This document shows positions 35,373-44,861 of a stretch of 46,574 nt of DNA, one piece after another. Below the pieces are notes generated by a model that had not been told where the DNA came from, ran no database searches, and was given only the letters and a program-made list of their open reading frames with translations. The position numbers and the translations under genes are program-made. The first letter of the stretch is position 1. Each line of letters starts with the position of its first letter. Source of the DNA: Clostridia bacterium (GTDB lineage Bacteria; Bacillota; Clostridia; Oscillospirales; Acutalibacteraceae); NCBI GenBank assembly GCA_017547465.1, contig JAFYPN010000098.1, positions 1 through 46,574 on the forward strand, read 5' to 3'.

Positions 35373-36063
35373 CACCGTCGGCGAGTCGGATCGGTTTATT
35401 ACTGCGTTGACTCGAGACCACGGTGTTATTCGTGCGTCGGTGCGTGGTGCGAGACAACTCAAGAACCGCAACGGCAGCGCTACCCAGCTGCTTTGCTATT
35501 CCCGCCTGTCGCTTTACAAGGGGCGGGATAAATACATAGTGGATGACGCTGAGCCGCTACAGGTATTTTTTGAGGTGCGGGGTCAGTTGGATAAGCTGGC
35601 TCTCGCGCAATATTTTTGTGAGTTGGCGGGTGTGTTAGCACCCGCCGAGGAAAACGCGGAGGAGGAACTGCGGCTGTTACTCAATGCGCTGTATTATTTG
35701 TCTGAGGGTACGCGATCATTACCGCTTGTGAAAGCGGTTACCGAACTGCGATTGTTGTGCCGAGCGGGGTATATGCCTGCGGTGGCAGAGTGTGCGGAAT
35801 GCGGTATGGGGGAGTGTACGCGGTTTTCGCCGCTTCGAGGGGTGTCGTATTGTGAACAGCACGGTGGTACCGACACTCTCCCGCTGACGGCGGGCGCTCT
35901 CGCGGCACTACGTCATATCGTGTACGCGCCGTTTGAAAAATGTTTTGCGTTCTCCCTGCCGGAGACAGATACCGCGGTGCTCGGCAACGCCGCGGAACGC
36001 TTTTTACTCGCACAGTTGAATCGCGGGTTTAACACGTTGGAATTTTATCATAGTTTACAATAA
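35332..36063 (+). CDS. recO: DNA repair protein RecO
   Basis: I trimmed the ORF to the MKLTTDALIIREN start (AAGGAG SD). It has an OB-fold N-terminus and a C-terminal zinc motif (CAECG ... C..H). Confidence 0.9.
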   Translation: MKLTTDALIIRENNTVGESDRFITALTRDHGVIRASVRGARQLKNRNGSATQLLCYSRLSLYKGRDKYIVDDAEPLQVFFEVRGQLDKLALAQYFCELAGVLAPAEENAEEELRLLLNALYYLSEGTRSLPLVKAVTELRLLCRAGYMPAVAECAECGMGECTRFSPLRGVSYCEQHGGTDTLPLTAGALAALRHIVYAPFEKCFAFSLPETDTAVLGNAAERFLLAQLNRGFNTLEFYHSLQ

Positions 36064-36074
36064 AGGACAGCATT

Positions 36075-38453
36075 ATGAACAAACATTATCGCGCATTGGA
36101 ACTGGATAAGGTGCTGGAACTGTTGGCGGCACAGGCTACCTGTGAGGATGCGGCAGAAGCGGCACGCGCTCTGCAACCGTCACCGTATCTGGGGGAGGTA
36201 CAGCGCTTACTGAACGATACGGACGCCGCATTTTGTCTGATGGCGAAATTCGGTGCGCCGCCGTTCGGCGATGTTAAAAATGTATCCAACGCACTGCGCC
36301 GCGCACAGGCGGGTGCTATGCTGACGTTGCCGGAGCTGCTGCGTGTGGCGGGTACGCTGCGCGGTATTCGTTCGGTAGCGGAATGGCATTCCCACTGTGA
36401 GGGAATGGGAACCTGTTTAGACGATCGATTTTCCTCGCTTTCCCCGAACAAATACCTGGAGGATCGCATTCGCACCACCGTGATTTCGGAGGATGAGATC
36501 AGCGATCAAGCCTCCCCGGAGCTTTACACCATTCGTCGTAAAATGCGAGCGGCATCTGCCAGAGTGCGCGATCAGTTGGATAAATTGATCCATTCCCAAA
36601 CCGCGCAAAAGGCGTTGCAGGAGCCGATCGTGACGATTCGCGGCGGTCGTTTTGTGGTACCGGTCAAGGCAGAACACCGCTCCGCGATCGCCGGCTTGGT
36701 GCATGACACGTCGTCGTCGGGCGCGACCGTATTTATCGAACCGATGGGTGCGGTAGAGGCAAACAACGAAATAAAGGTTTTGGAATCCCAAGAAGCCGCA
36801 GAGATCGAGCGTATCGTTCGTGAACTGTCCGCTGATACCGGTTCGTTTGCCGATGCGATCATCGGCGATTATACGGTGCTTGTCGGCATTGACCTAATCT
36901 TCGCCAAAGCACGACTCGGCTATCAAATGAAAGCAATCGTGCCAAAGGTGACCGAGGATGGACACAGTGTCTTGCACCGGGCACGCCACCCCTTGATTAA
37001 TCCCCAAAAAGTGGTGCCGATCGATGTGGAACTCGGCGGTAGTTTTGACACCTTGGTGATTACCGGCCCGAATACCGGTGGCAAAACCGTGACATTGAAA
37101 ACCATCGGTTTGCTGACCTTAATGACCATGTGCGGGTTGATGGCACCGATGCGTGACGGCAGCCGTTTGTCGGTGTTTCGCACCGTGCTTGCCGATATCG
37201 GTGACGAGCAATCGATTGAACAATCGCTGTCAACATTTTCGGCACATATGACCAATTTGATCCGCATTTTAGAGGACGCAGACGAACATAGTCTGGTACT
37301 GCTCGATGAGCTTGGTGCCGGTACGGATCCGGTTGAGGGTGCCGCGTTGGCGACTGCTATGATAGAACGTTTGCGCACACAGGGCGCGCGTATCGCGGCT
37401 ACCACGCATTACGCGGAAATGAAAGCGTATGCCATTCAGACCGAGGGCGTGGAAAACGGCAGCTGTGAGTTCGATGTGGAATCCTTACGCCCGACCTATC
37501 GGTTGATGGTGGGTGTGCCCGGACGTTCTAATGCGTTTGCTATTACCGAACGACTGGGCATGGATCCATCGGTGGTACAGCGGGCGCGGTCGCTGGTGTC
37601 GGGAGACGATCGTCGTTTGGAAGATGTCGTGGTTGTGCTGGAAGAAAAACGCCTCAGCCTGGAAAAAGAACTGCAGGAAGCAAAGGAAGCGACACGGGCG
37701 GCCCAACATGCCAACGAAACAGCAAGGGAACAGTTAGTGGCCTTGCAAGCTCAAAAAGAACAGGAACTGGACCATGCAAAAAATGAGGCGCGCCGCGTGG
37801 TAGAGCGTGCGCGCCGCGATGCGGAGGAGCTGATTGCTGAGTTAGATGCTCTGCGTCGGCAGCGGAATTCCGCCGACTTCTTGAAAAAAGCTGTGGCGGC
37901 ACGTTCACAGCTGCGCAGTAGGCTCAATAAATTAGAGGATGATATCGATCCCGTCACGCAAAAAGCGCACGGTGCGTATCAGTTGCCGCGTCCGCTGGTC
38001 GTGGGGGATGAGGTTCTCATTGTGGATATTGATAAATCGGCTGTCGTGACGGCGTTACCCGATGCCGGAGGCAAGGTCGAGGTGCAAGCGGGTATCATCC
38101 GTACCCGCGTATCACAGGACAATCTGCGATTAATCGAAACCAAGACCGCGCTCACCCCGAAGCAGGGTAAGGGCGGCGTGTATACGGATGTGTCGCGCTC
38201 GACCCGCCGTGCACAAACCGAGCTGGACTTGCGCGGGCAGACCATCGACGAAGCGTTGCTTGAGGTGGATCGATTCTTGGATAATGCGCGGCTCGGCGGG
38301 ATTGATCGACTGACCATTATTCATGGAAAAGGCACCGGCGCCCTGCGTGCGGCGGTGCACGCGCACTTAAAATCGTGCCCGGGTGTCAAATCGTTCCGGT
38401 TAGGATTGTACGGCGAGGGCGAGACCGGTGTGACGATCGTTGAAATGAGGTGA
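36075..38453 (+). CDS. mutS2: Endonuclease MutS2 (Smr domain)
   Basis: 792-aa ORF with the MutS ATPase domain (GPNTGGKTV, LVLLDELGAGTDP), a long coiled coil and a C-terminal Smr domain (LDLRGQ ... IIHGKGTGALR). Confidence 0.96.
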   Translation: MNKHYRALELDKVLELLAAQATCEDAAEAARALQPSPYLGEVQRLLNDTDAAFCLMAKFGAPPFGDVKNVSNALRRAQAGAMLTLPELLRVAGTLRGIRSVAEWHSHCEGMGTCLDDRFSSLSPNKYLEDRIRTTVISEDEISDQASPELYTIRRKMRAASARVRDQLDKLIHSQTAQKALQEPIVTIRGGRFVVPVKAEHRSAIAGLVHDTSSSGATVFIEPMGAVEANNEIKVLESQEAAEIERIVRELSADTGSFADAIIGDYTVLVGIDLIFAKARLGYQMKAIVPKVTEDGHSVLHRARHPLINPQKVVPIDVELGGSFDTLVITGPNTGGKTVTLKTIGLLTLMTMCGLMAPMRDGSRLSVFRTVLADIGDEQSIEQSLSTFSAHMTNLIRILEDADEHSLVLLDELGAGTDPVEGAALATAMIERLRTQGARIAATTHYAEMKAYAIQTEGVENGSCEFDVESLRPTYRLMVGVPGRSNAFAITERLGMDPSVVQRARSLVSGDDRRLEDVVVVLEEKRLSLEKELQEAKEATRAAQHANETAREQLVALQAQKEQELDHAKNEARRVVERARRDAEELIAELDALRRQRNSADFLKKAVAARSQLRSRLNKLEDDIDPVTQKAHGAYQLPRPLVVGDEVLIVDIDKSAVVTALPDAGGKVEVQAGIIRTRVSQDNLRLIETKTALTPKQGKGGVYTDVSRSTRRAQTELDLRGQTIDEALLEVDRFLDNARLGGIDRLTIIHGKGTGALRAAVHAHLKSCPGVKSFRLGLYGEGETGVTIVEMR

Positions 38454-38461
38454 CAAACGCG

Positions 38462-39160
38462 ATGTTGCGAATGGTTTTTTGTGATGTGGATGGTACCTTG
38501 CTCAAAAAGACCGAAACCACGATTTCTAATGATACACTGCATGTATTACGCCGTTTGCTGGATCGCGGCATCACGGTGGTTATTGCGACAGGCAGACCGT
38601 ACGGGCAATTAAAGCCTCTGTTCGGCTCGCTGTTTTATCGGTTGGTGTTTTTGTGTATGGACGGTGCGCTAGTGATGCACAAAAACTGCGTGCTGTACAA
38701 AAAACCGATGATGAAATGTAAGACCAAAGAGCTTATTGCGCTGTACGGCGGTGCAGCAATTTATGGGCGCGAGCACATCTATTGCATAGGCGATACGCCG
38801 GTTGCGGGCAAACGGGTGCATATACCGGAGGAGATTCCCGAGGATTATTTGAAGGTTGAACTGCCCACCGGCAGCGTGTCGGGATTGCACGCGTCGTTCC
38901 GCATCGCGTATCAGAACGAGCGCACAACCGAATTGGTTGCCGCGGGTGCGGATAAGGGCGCGGCGGCACGCGCGCTTATGCAAAAATTCGGGGTGTCGCC
39001 CGATCAGGCAATCGCATTCGGCGATGGCGAGAACGATATCCCACTGCTGTGCGCGGTGGGTTATCCGTACCGTATGAAGGATTCGCTGTGTGTAGGCTTC
39101 GGTGATCTGCCGACGGCCGACAGCGTGGAAAGTGTTTTGCGTGGGCAATTTGGAATATAA
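38462..39160 (+). CDS. Cof-type HAD-IIB phosphatase
   Basis: HAD motif I (FCDVDGTLL), then TGRP, and motif IV (FGDGENDIPL). The start at 38462 follows GAGGTG by 9 nt. The track ORF begins at the GTG at 38450. Confidence 0.8.
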   Translation: MLRMVFCDVDGTLLKKTETTISNDTLHVLRRLLDRGITVVIATGRPYGQLKPLFGSLFYRLVFLCMDGALVMHKNCVLYKKPMMKCKTKELIALYGGAAIYGREHIYCIGDTPVAGKRVHIPEEIPEDYLKVELPTGSVSGLHASFRIAYQNERTTELVAAGADKGAAARALMQKFGVSPDQAIAFGDGENDIPLLCAVGYPYRMKDSLCVGFGDLPTADSVESVLRGQFGI

Positions 39161-39176
39161 AACGGGAGACGATACG

Positions 39177-39578
39177 ATGTTTGGCAATAAATTTGAGCAG
39201 GCGAAGGATCTTCACGAAAGAGGGCACAACTGTGCACAATCGGTGGTACTGCCGTTTTGTGAGGAATTGGGCATCGACCCGAAAATCGCCATGCGCGCTA
39301 TGGAGGGTTTCGGCGCGGGTATGGGCGGTAGAGAACAGACCTGCGGAGCGTTGTCGGGTGCCATTTTTGTGGCAGGACTTAAGCACAGTGACGGTAACCT
39401 GTGGGCACCTGCTTCCAAGCAACAAACCTATGCGCTCTGCAAAGTGCTGTGTGAGGAATTTACCGCCGCATGCGGCGGTACGGCTGTGTGCGCCGCGATC
39501 AAGGGCGAGGGGTGCGTATCCTGCCAAAGGTGCGTTGAACTCGGTGTTGAGCTTGCGCTGAAAGCGCTCGAACAATAA
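39177..39578 (+). CDS. C_GCAxxG_C_C family protein
   Basis: I trimmed the ORF to the MFGNKFEQAKDLH start. The family cysteines are present (GHNCAQSV, TCGALSGA, C-terminal CxxC pairs). Confidence 0.8.
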   Translation: MFGNKFEQAKDLHERGHNCAQSVVLPFCEELGIDPKIAMRAMEGFGAGMGGREQTCGALSGAIFVAGLKHSDGNLWAPASKQQTYALCKVLCEEFTAACGGTAVCAAIKGEGCVSCQRCVELGVELALKALEQ

Positions 39579-39587
39579 GCATACAGA

Positions 39588-39631
39588 AACACAAGTCGCC
39601 GTGTGCAAGAAGCACACGGCGACTTGTGTTT
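39588..39631. terminator. Bidirectional terminator
   Basis: 18-bp perfect stem ACACAAGTCGCCGTGTGC-AAGAA-GCACACGGCGACTTGTGT between convergent genes. Confidence 0.85.
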
Positions 39632-39638
39632 GACCGGA

Positions 39639-40466
39639 TTATTTCTTGGTGACGCGTGTGGCAATCACTCGCAGTATCGCGAACAGAGCCACGCCGACGG
39701 CGGTAAAAATGGCAACACCGAGCCAATTTAGAGTCGCAAGACCTGTGAAAAACAACTCGCCGCTTGAGGCGTTTTGCAGGGCGGGAGCAATATATACCAC
39801 GTCGCCGACAGTGGTGATGAGTAACAGCGTATATGCGACCGAAGACAGTACCCAAGAGGGCTTCCCTTCATCGGTACGGCGAACAGTCGCTCGGGAAATG
39901 CCCGCGCCGTCCAGCGACAACAAGCGGGACACATACACACTACCAAGCACCAAAATGACGATTTCGGGGATCATGTAGGTCGCGTTATACGACAGTGAGT
40001 ATACCACAGCCTCTTTGGTGGGAACGGATAAGCCCGCCCATACCGTACAGCCGGAGATTACGTGGCACAGATAGCGCAGGACACCGGATACGATTGCGGC
40101 AAGGCCGAGAGCCGCGCCCTGTGGAAGTTTTTTGCGAAACGCACCGCCGAGTCCCAGTGCAAAAAACGCAAGCAGGTAATCGAACAACGCGATCATCACG
40201 ACGGCCAAAAACGAGGTGGCATACGAAAAATTATCCAGGCCAAGCAGTAATTGGATCAAACTGTAGGTAAAAGCGGTGAACAACCCCCAACGGGTGCCGT
40301 GTCGGTAGGCGATGATTAACAGGGGCAACATGCTGAAAGCGGTAATACTGCCGCCATACGGCATATCCACAATTTTGAGAACGCTCAATACTGCGGCAAC
40401 AGCCAACAGGATTGCACTTTCGGTAAGACGGTAAACGGATGATTTGCGGTCAGACATTTTGAACAA
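39639..40466 (-). CDS. thiT: ThiT/YuaJ-like thiamine transporter S-component with C-terminal two-helix extension
   Basis: 275-aa polytopic ORF directly downstream of a TPP riboswitch. The N-terminal ~190 aa resemble ECF thiamine S-components, and the extra ~85 aa contain two more predicted TM helices. Confidence 0.75.
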   Translation of the reverse strand: MFKMSDRKSSVYRLTESAILLAVAAVLSVLKIVDMPYGGSITAFSMLPLLIIAYRHGTRWGLFTAFTYSLIQLLLGLDNFSYATSFLAVVMIALFDYLLAFFALGLGGAFRKKLPQGAALGLAAIVSGVLRYLCHVISGCTVWAGLSVPTKEAVVYSLSYNATYMIPEIVILVLGSVYVSRLLSLDGAGISRATVRRTDEGKPSWVLSSVAYTLLLITTVGDVVYIAPALQNASSGELFFTGLATLNWLGVAIFTAVGVALFAILRVIATRVTKK

Positions 40467-40480
40467 CTCCTTTTTTAGAC

Positions 40481-40650
40481 ATAATAAAACATCCTATCCG
40501 GATAGATGGATAGGATGTCAAAAAAGGCAGATGTTGCGCGCGCTTTAACCGCTGCTCTTCGTAAACATTCCTACGCCGGTATTATCCGGATCAGGTCACA
40601 GGGTTAGAAGCGAACTTCCTCTCAGCCGATTGCTCAGCACCCCTTGTTTA
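40481..40650 (-). promoter_or_regulatory. TPP (THI-box) riboswitch with terminator expression platform
   Basis: The minus strand reads AAACAAGGGGTGCTGAGC..GGCTGAGAGG...ACCCTGTGACCTGATCCGGATAATACCGGCGTAGGAATGTTT, which is the canonical TPP aptamer core with a P1 stem AAACA/TGTTT. The hairpin ACATCCTATCC-N8-GGATAGGATGT plus TTTTATT (40481-40518) follows. Confidence 0.9.
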
Positions 40651-40684
40651 ACGGTGTGTATTGTAACACGAAAATTTGCAGATG

Positions 40685-41884
40685 TCAAGCCAGTTTTGCG
40701 GCAATGGCATCCAAAAATTCCAAGGAATTGACTTTTTTCTTGTTTTCGAGGGTGGACAGGAGATACAGGTCACCCGTCATAATGCCGTCCTCAATGGTGC
40801 CGAGGGTGGCAGCTTCCAGACGGTCCGCGAAGGCGCACAGCTCGGGCAGGTTGTCCAGCTCACCGCGCTTGCGCAGGGCGCCCGACCATGCGAAGATGGT
40901 GGCGACCGAGTTGGTGGAGGTTTCCTCGCCTTTGAGATGCTTGTAGTAATGGCGAGTGACCGTGCCGTGTGCCGCCTCATACTCGTACTTGCCGTCGGGC
41001 GATACGAGCACGCTGGTCATCATTGCGAGCGAGCCGAACGCGGTCGCGACCATATCGCTCATCACATCGCCGTCGTAGTTCTTGCACGCCCAGATAAAGC
41101 CTCCCTTAGAGCGGATGACACGCGCGACCGCATCGTCGATAAGGGTATAGAAATATTCAATGCCGGCGGCTTCAAAAGTTTCTTTGTACTCGGCCTCGTA
41201 GATCTCGGCAAAGATATCTTTGAAGCGATGATCGTAGATCTTGGAAATGGTATCCTTGGTGGAAAACCACAGATCCTGCTTTAATGACAGCGCGTAGTTG
41301 AAGCAGGCGCGGGCGAAGCTCGCGATCGACTTATCCGTGTTGTGCACGCCCTGGAGGATACCGCTGCCGTCAAAATTATGAATAAGCTTGGTTTCGGTGC
41401 GGCCGTCCGGATAGGTGACCAGCAGTTCTGCCTTGGCAGCGCCGTCTACGTACAACTCGGAGTTCTTATACACATCGCCGTATGCGTGACGCGCGAGCAC
41501 GATGGGTTTTTCCCAGGTGGATACGCTGGGTGCAATACCCTTGACCACAACGGGAGCGCGGAACACGGTGCCGTCCAGCATCGCGCGGAGCGTGCCGTTG
41601 GGGCTTTTCCACATTTCCTTGAGTTTATACTCCTCCACGCGCTGGGCGTTGGGAGTGATGGTGGCGCACTTGACGCCGACACCGTATTTTTTGATTGCGT
41701 TTGCCGCGTCCACGGTAACCTGATCGTTGGTCTGATCGCGGTACGGCAGACCGAGATCGTAATATTCGCATTTCAGATCAACAAACGGCAGCAGGAGTTT
41801 TTCTTTGATCGCCTGCCACAGAATGCGGGTCATTTCGTCGCCGTCCATTTCGACGAGCGGGGTGGTCATTTGGATCTTACTCAT
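40685..41884 (-). CDS. icd: NADP-dependent isocitrate dehydrogenase (eukaryotic-like homodimeric type)
   Basis: 399-aa ORF. The N-terminus [15 protein letters not shown] and the KCATITPN motif are typical of type II (IDH1/2-like) enzymes. Confidence 0.95.
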   Translation of the reverse strand: MSKIQMTTPLVEMDGDEMTRILWQAIKEKLLLPFVDLKCEYYDLGLPYRDQTNDQVTVDAANAIKKYGVGVKCATITPNAQRVEEYKLKEMWKSPNGTLRAMLDGTVFRAPVVVKGIAPSVSTWEKPIVLARHAYGDVYKNSELYVDGAAKAELLVTYPDGRTETKLIHNFDGSGILQGVHNTDKSIASFARACFNYALSLKQDLWFSTKDTISKIYDHRFKDIFAEIYEAEYKETFEAAGIEYFYTLIDDAVARVIRSKGGFIWACKNYDGDVMSDMVATAFGSLAMMTSVLVSPDGKYEYEAAHGTVTRHYYKHLKGEETSTNSVATIFAWSGALRKRGELDNLPELCAFADRLEAATLGTIEDGIMTGDLYLLSTLENKKKVNSLEFLDAIAAKLA

Positions 41885-41974
41885 GATTATCGTTCCCTTT
41901 GTATGAAATTTGATATCATTTTACTTGATTTTTTGAATAATAGCAATGGTTTTTTCGGGTTTTGGCAAAATTTA

Positions 41975-42003
41975 TTGCGTCCGCAACGGTTTTGCTGTAT
42001 ACT
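41975..42003 (+). promoter_or_regulatory. Putative promoter of the CPBP-tadA unit
   Basis: TTGCGT, a 17-nt spacer, then TATACT. It lies about 30 nt upstream of the GGGAGCGGGG SD and the ATG at 42036. Confidence 0.4.
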
Positions 42004-42035
42004 GAAACTGAGATTATTGAAGGGAGCGGGGCGCA

Positions 42036-43007
42036 ATGGAGCAGTCGACATATTCGTACTATATAACACCGCAGCAGCGCGAAGCACAGGAACTTAAAAA
42101 AAGCAGCACCTTCGTCGCGCTGATGCTCCTGGCGATGATGGCGATACAGGTCGTCCTGACGGTTGCGGTCCGGCTTGGCCTGCTGACCGGATTGGTGCGG
42201 TTGGCGGAAACCCATGCGGGGTATATGCTGTTCAATATGATCATATATATTTTGTGCTTGGCTTTACCGGCAGTGGCGGTTGCGCTGATAAGCGGTCGGC
42301 GGCAGAATCCGTTTCCGTCGGCACCGGTTAGCGGCGGTATGATGGGTGCCGGTGTGCTTGGCGGCATGGCAGTCGCGGTCGTCGCCAACTTAGCGGCAAG
42401 CGGGTTGATGAGCTGGCTTTCCCTGTTCGGTATACCCGAACCCAAAATGCCGGATAATCTGCAACCGACGCTGATAAGCTTGGCGCTGAATATTTTGTCC
42501 ACCGCGACTCTGCCGGCACTTATTGAAGAAATGATCTTTCGCGGCTACATTCTCGGCGCGTTGCGTGCGCACGGTGACGGACTGGCGGTCGTGCTGTCCG
42601 CTACGCTGTTTGGTCTGTTCCACGGGAATGTGCTACAGATTCCGTTTGCCTTTATTTTGGGCTTGGCAATGGGGTATTTAGTCGTCCTAACCGACAGCAT
42701 TTGGCCGGCGGTGCTCTTACATTTTGTTAACAACCTCATGTCAGTACTGCTCAGCTTTTTTGGAAAATGCTATCCTGACCAACGAATAGTGATCAGCAAC
42801 GTTACACTTTTGGCAGTGGCGGCGATGGGTGCCGTCGTGCTCACGGTACTCCGCCGTCCCGGCTACTTGAAGCCGATAGGCAACGGGATATCGCTGTTTC
42901 GGGTGCTCGAGCGGACGAGAAAGTTGTTATTTTCACCAGCTATGGTGTTGGCTTTCATCGCGATGCTGGCGACACTGTTCTACAGTATAGGAAGTGGTCA
43001 GACATGA
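42036..43007 (+). CDS. CPBP-family intramembrane glutamic endopeptidase (CAAX protease/Abi)
   Basis: 323-aa polytopic ORF with the motifs EEMIFRGY, FGLFHGN and LHFVNN. Confidence 0.85.
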   Translation: MEQSTYSYYITPQQREAQELKKSSTFVALMLLAMMAIQVVLTVAVRLGLLTGLVRLAETHAGYMLFNMIIYILCLALPAVAVALISGRRQNPFPSAPVSGGMMGAGVLGGMAVAVVANLAASGLMSWLSLFGIPEPKMPDNLQPTLISLALNILSTATLPALIEEMIFRGYILGALRAHGDGLAVVLSATLFGLFHGNVLQIPFAFILGLAMGYLVVLTDSIWPAVLLHFVNNLMSVLLSFFGKCYPDQRIVISNVTLLAVAAMGAVVLTVLRRPGYLKPIGNGISLFRVLERTRKLLFSPAMVLAFIAMLATLFYSIGSGQT

Positions 43008-43456
43008 TGGATACAGAGTGGATGAGGCGCGCGTTGGGGTTGGCTTCCGAAGCCGCTGCCGAGGGCGAGGTACCTGTCGGTGCGGTGATTGTAAAAGGAG
43101 ATCAGCTGATCTCGACGGGACGCAATCGGCGCGAGCTAGGAAAAAACGCGCTTGCGCATGCGGAGATCGAGGCGATAGATGGTGCTTGCCGAGTGCTTGG
43201 CGGTTGGCGGCTTTCGGGTTGTACGCTGTACGTGACATTGGAACCTTGCCCAATGTGCGCGGGTGCGATCATTAATGCGCGTTTGGACCGTGTGGTGTAC
43301 GGCACTGCCGACCCAAAGGCGGGTTCTTGCGGGTCTCTGACGAATTTATTTGAATTGCCGTACAATCACCAACCGGAGCTTACAGGCGGTGTGTTGCAGG
43401 AAGAGTGTGCGGCACTATTGCAAGACTTTTTCAGAGGGTTACGGTCAAAGCGTTGA
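43004..43456 (+). CDS. tadA: tRNA adenosine(34) deaminase
   Basis: 150-aa ORF with the CDA zinc motifs HAEIEA and TLEPCPMCAGA. It has an ATGA overlap with the CPBP gene. Confidence 0.93.
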   Translation: MMDTEWMRRALGLASEAAAEGEVPVGAVIVKGDQLISTGRNRRELGKNALAHAEIEAIDGACRVLGGWRLSGCTLYVTLEPCPMCAGAIINARLDRVVYGTADPKAGSCGSLTNLFELPYNHQPELTGGVLQEECAALLQDFFRGLRSKR

Positions 43457-43509
43457 CAAATTTCGAGGGTTTTCCTATAATAGGGGTATCACAAGGGGAG
43501 GTTACGCGT

Positions 43510-43986
43510 ATGAAAAAGTTTTTGCAGGAATTTAAAGAGTTTATTTCGAAGGGCAACGTTATTGACATGGCGGTTGCGGTCATCATCGGCAATGCGTTCA
43601 AAGCGATCATCACGGCACTCGTTGACAATGTGATCATGCCGCTTATCAGCTTGGCGGTGGGTGGACTCAACTTCACCGAGTGGAAATGGGTGCTGACCCC
43701 CGCCGTCACCAAACTGGTGGATGGTGTGGAAACGGTGGAGACGCCGGAAGTGGCGGTCACCTACGGTGTGCTGTTGCAGGCGGTGATCGATTTTCTGATC
43801 GTTGCATTCTGTATCTTCGTGGCATTGAAGATTCTACTCGCGGTGCAGACGAAAACCAAAGAGTTGCTCGTTAAGAAAGCGGAAGAGGAAGTCGCTGTCG
43901 AGGAGGCAGCCGCTCCCGCGGAAACCGAGATGGACGTTCTCAAAGACATCCGCGAATTGCTCAAAAAAGAAGAAGCGAACGTGTAA
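43510..43986 (+). CDS. mscL: Large-conductance mechanosensitive channel
   Basis: I trimmed the ORF to the MKKFLQEFKEFISKGNVIDMAVAVIIGNAF start (GGGGAGG SD). This is the canonical MscL N-terminus and TM1. Confidence 0.93.
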   Translation: MKKFLQEFKEFISKGNVIDMAVAVIIGNAFKAIITALVDNVIMPLISLAVGGLNFTEWKWVLTPAVTKLVDGVETVETPEVAVTYGVLLQAVIDFLIVAFCIFVALKILLAVQTKTKELLVKKAEEEVAVEEAAAPAETEMDVLKDIRELLKKEEANV

Positions 43987-43990
43987 ATGA

Positions 43991-44022
43991 AAAAGCAGCC
44001 GTCCGTGGGGCGGCTGTTTTTG
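43991..44022 (+). terminator. Rho-independent terminator after mscL
   Basis: Hairpin CAGCCGTCC-GTG-GGGCGGCTG followed by TTTTT. Confidence 0.75.
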
Positions 44023-44059
44023 TGCTTTGAGGGACATACTATTGTCAGGAGGTGACAGT

Positions 44060-44299
44060 ATGTCCGACAAGAAAAAAGATCTCGAAACACCGTTTATGAT
44101 GCCGATCGGCGGCTCGCCCGAAACGGCGGAGGAGATGGTCAACAAATACGGTACGTATGAAATTCAGCCGACTGCCGACAGTGATCACGAGTTTCCTGCC
44201 ATCGCACAAGGGTTGCCGAAGAATTTTGATGAACCCATCGACAAACCGCGTATAAAGAAGATACGCGAAGGGAATGTTAACGACAAAGAAATTCTCTAA
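44060..44299 (+). CDS. Small acidic hypothetical protein (79 aa)
   Basis: I trimmed the ORF to the MSDKKKDLE start (AGGAGG SD at 44047-44052). It ends 12 nt before spoVAE. I recognise no family. Confidence 0.5.
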   Translation: MSDKKKDLETPFMMPIGGSPETAEEMVNKYGTYEIQPTADSDHEFPAIAQGLPKNFDEPIDKPRIKKIREGNVNDKEIL

Positions 44300-44311
44300 C
44301 GAGGTGTCCGT

Positions 44312-44677
44312 ATGGATTGGTGGATGGTCGTCAAGGCGTTCGTGGTGGGGGGTCTTATCTGCGTGGTAGGACAGCTGCTTATTGATCTGACAAAGCTGAC
44401 CCCCGCGCGTATTTTGGTGTTGTTTGTCACGTTGGGCGTGGCGTTGACCGCGATCGGCGTGTACGAGCCACTTATCGATTTTGCCGGTGCGGGGGCAAGC
44501 GTGCCGCTAACCGGCTTTGGGTATTCGCTGGCCAAGGGTGTGCAAGAGGGCATCGCCGAGAAAGGCTGGCTCGGGATATTCACCGGCGGACTCACCGGCA
44601 CGGCGGGTGGTATTGCCTTTGCGGTAACGTTGGCATTCCTGTGTGGACTATTTTTTAAATCGAAAGATAAGTCGTAA
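44312..44677 (+). CDS. spoVAE: Stage V sporulation protein AE (SpoVAEB-type membrane subunit)
   Basis: 121-aa ORF. The pattern VVGGLICVVGQLLIDLTKLTPA ... FAGAGASVPLTGFG ... closely follows the SpoVAEB/SpoVAC family. Confidence 0.85.
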   Translation: MDWWMVVKAFVVGGLICVVGQLLIDLTKLTPARILVLFVTLGVALTAIGVYEPLIDFAGAGASVPLTGFGYSLAKGVQEGIAEKGWLGIFTGGLTGTAGGIAFAVTLAFLCGLFFKSKDKS

Positions 44678-44709
44678 AAAACGTGCTACCGAATGGTAGC
44701 ACGTTTTTG
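44675..44709 (+). terminator. Rho-independent terminator after spoVAE
   Basis: Stem AAAAAACGTGCTACC-GAAT-GGTAGCACGTTTTT. Confidence 0.85.
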
Positions 44710-44861
44710 CATCGTTTAATGTTAAGTTGGTGTTAAAATTAACAAAAATATATATTGCGGTGAAAATATATTGCATGATATAATCAAAATTAGGTAATGT
44801 ATACCAATCTAATTGCCTGAAAGCAACAGATGTCAAAACTCGCTTTCGATTTTCTCTTCGT

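Noticed and set aside
40676-42097. Plus-strand ORFs 40676-41284 and 41342-42097 antisense to icd
   Set aside because: icd is unambiguous on the minus strand. These ORFs are GC-rich shadow frames.
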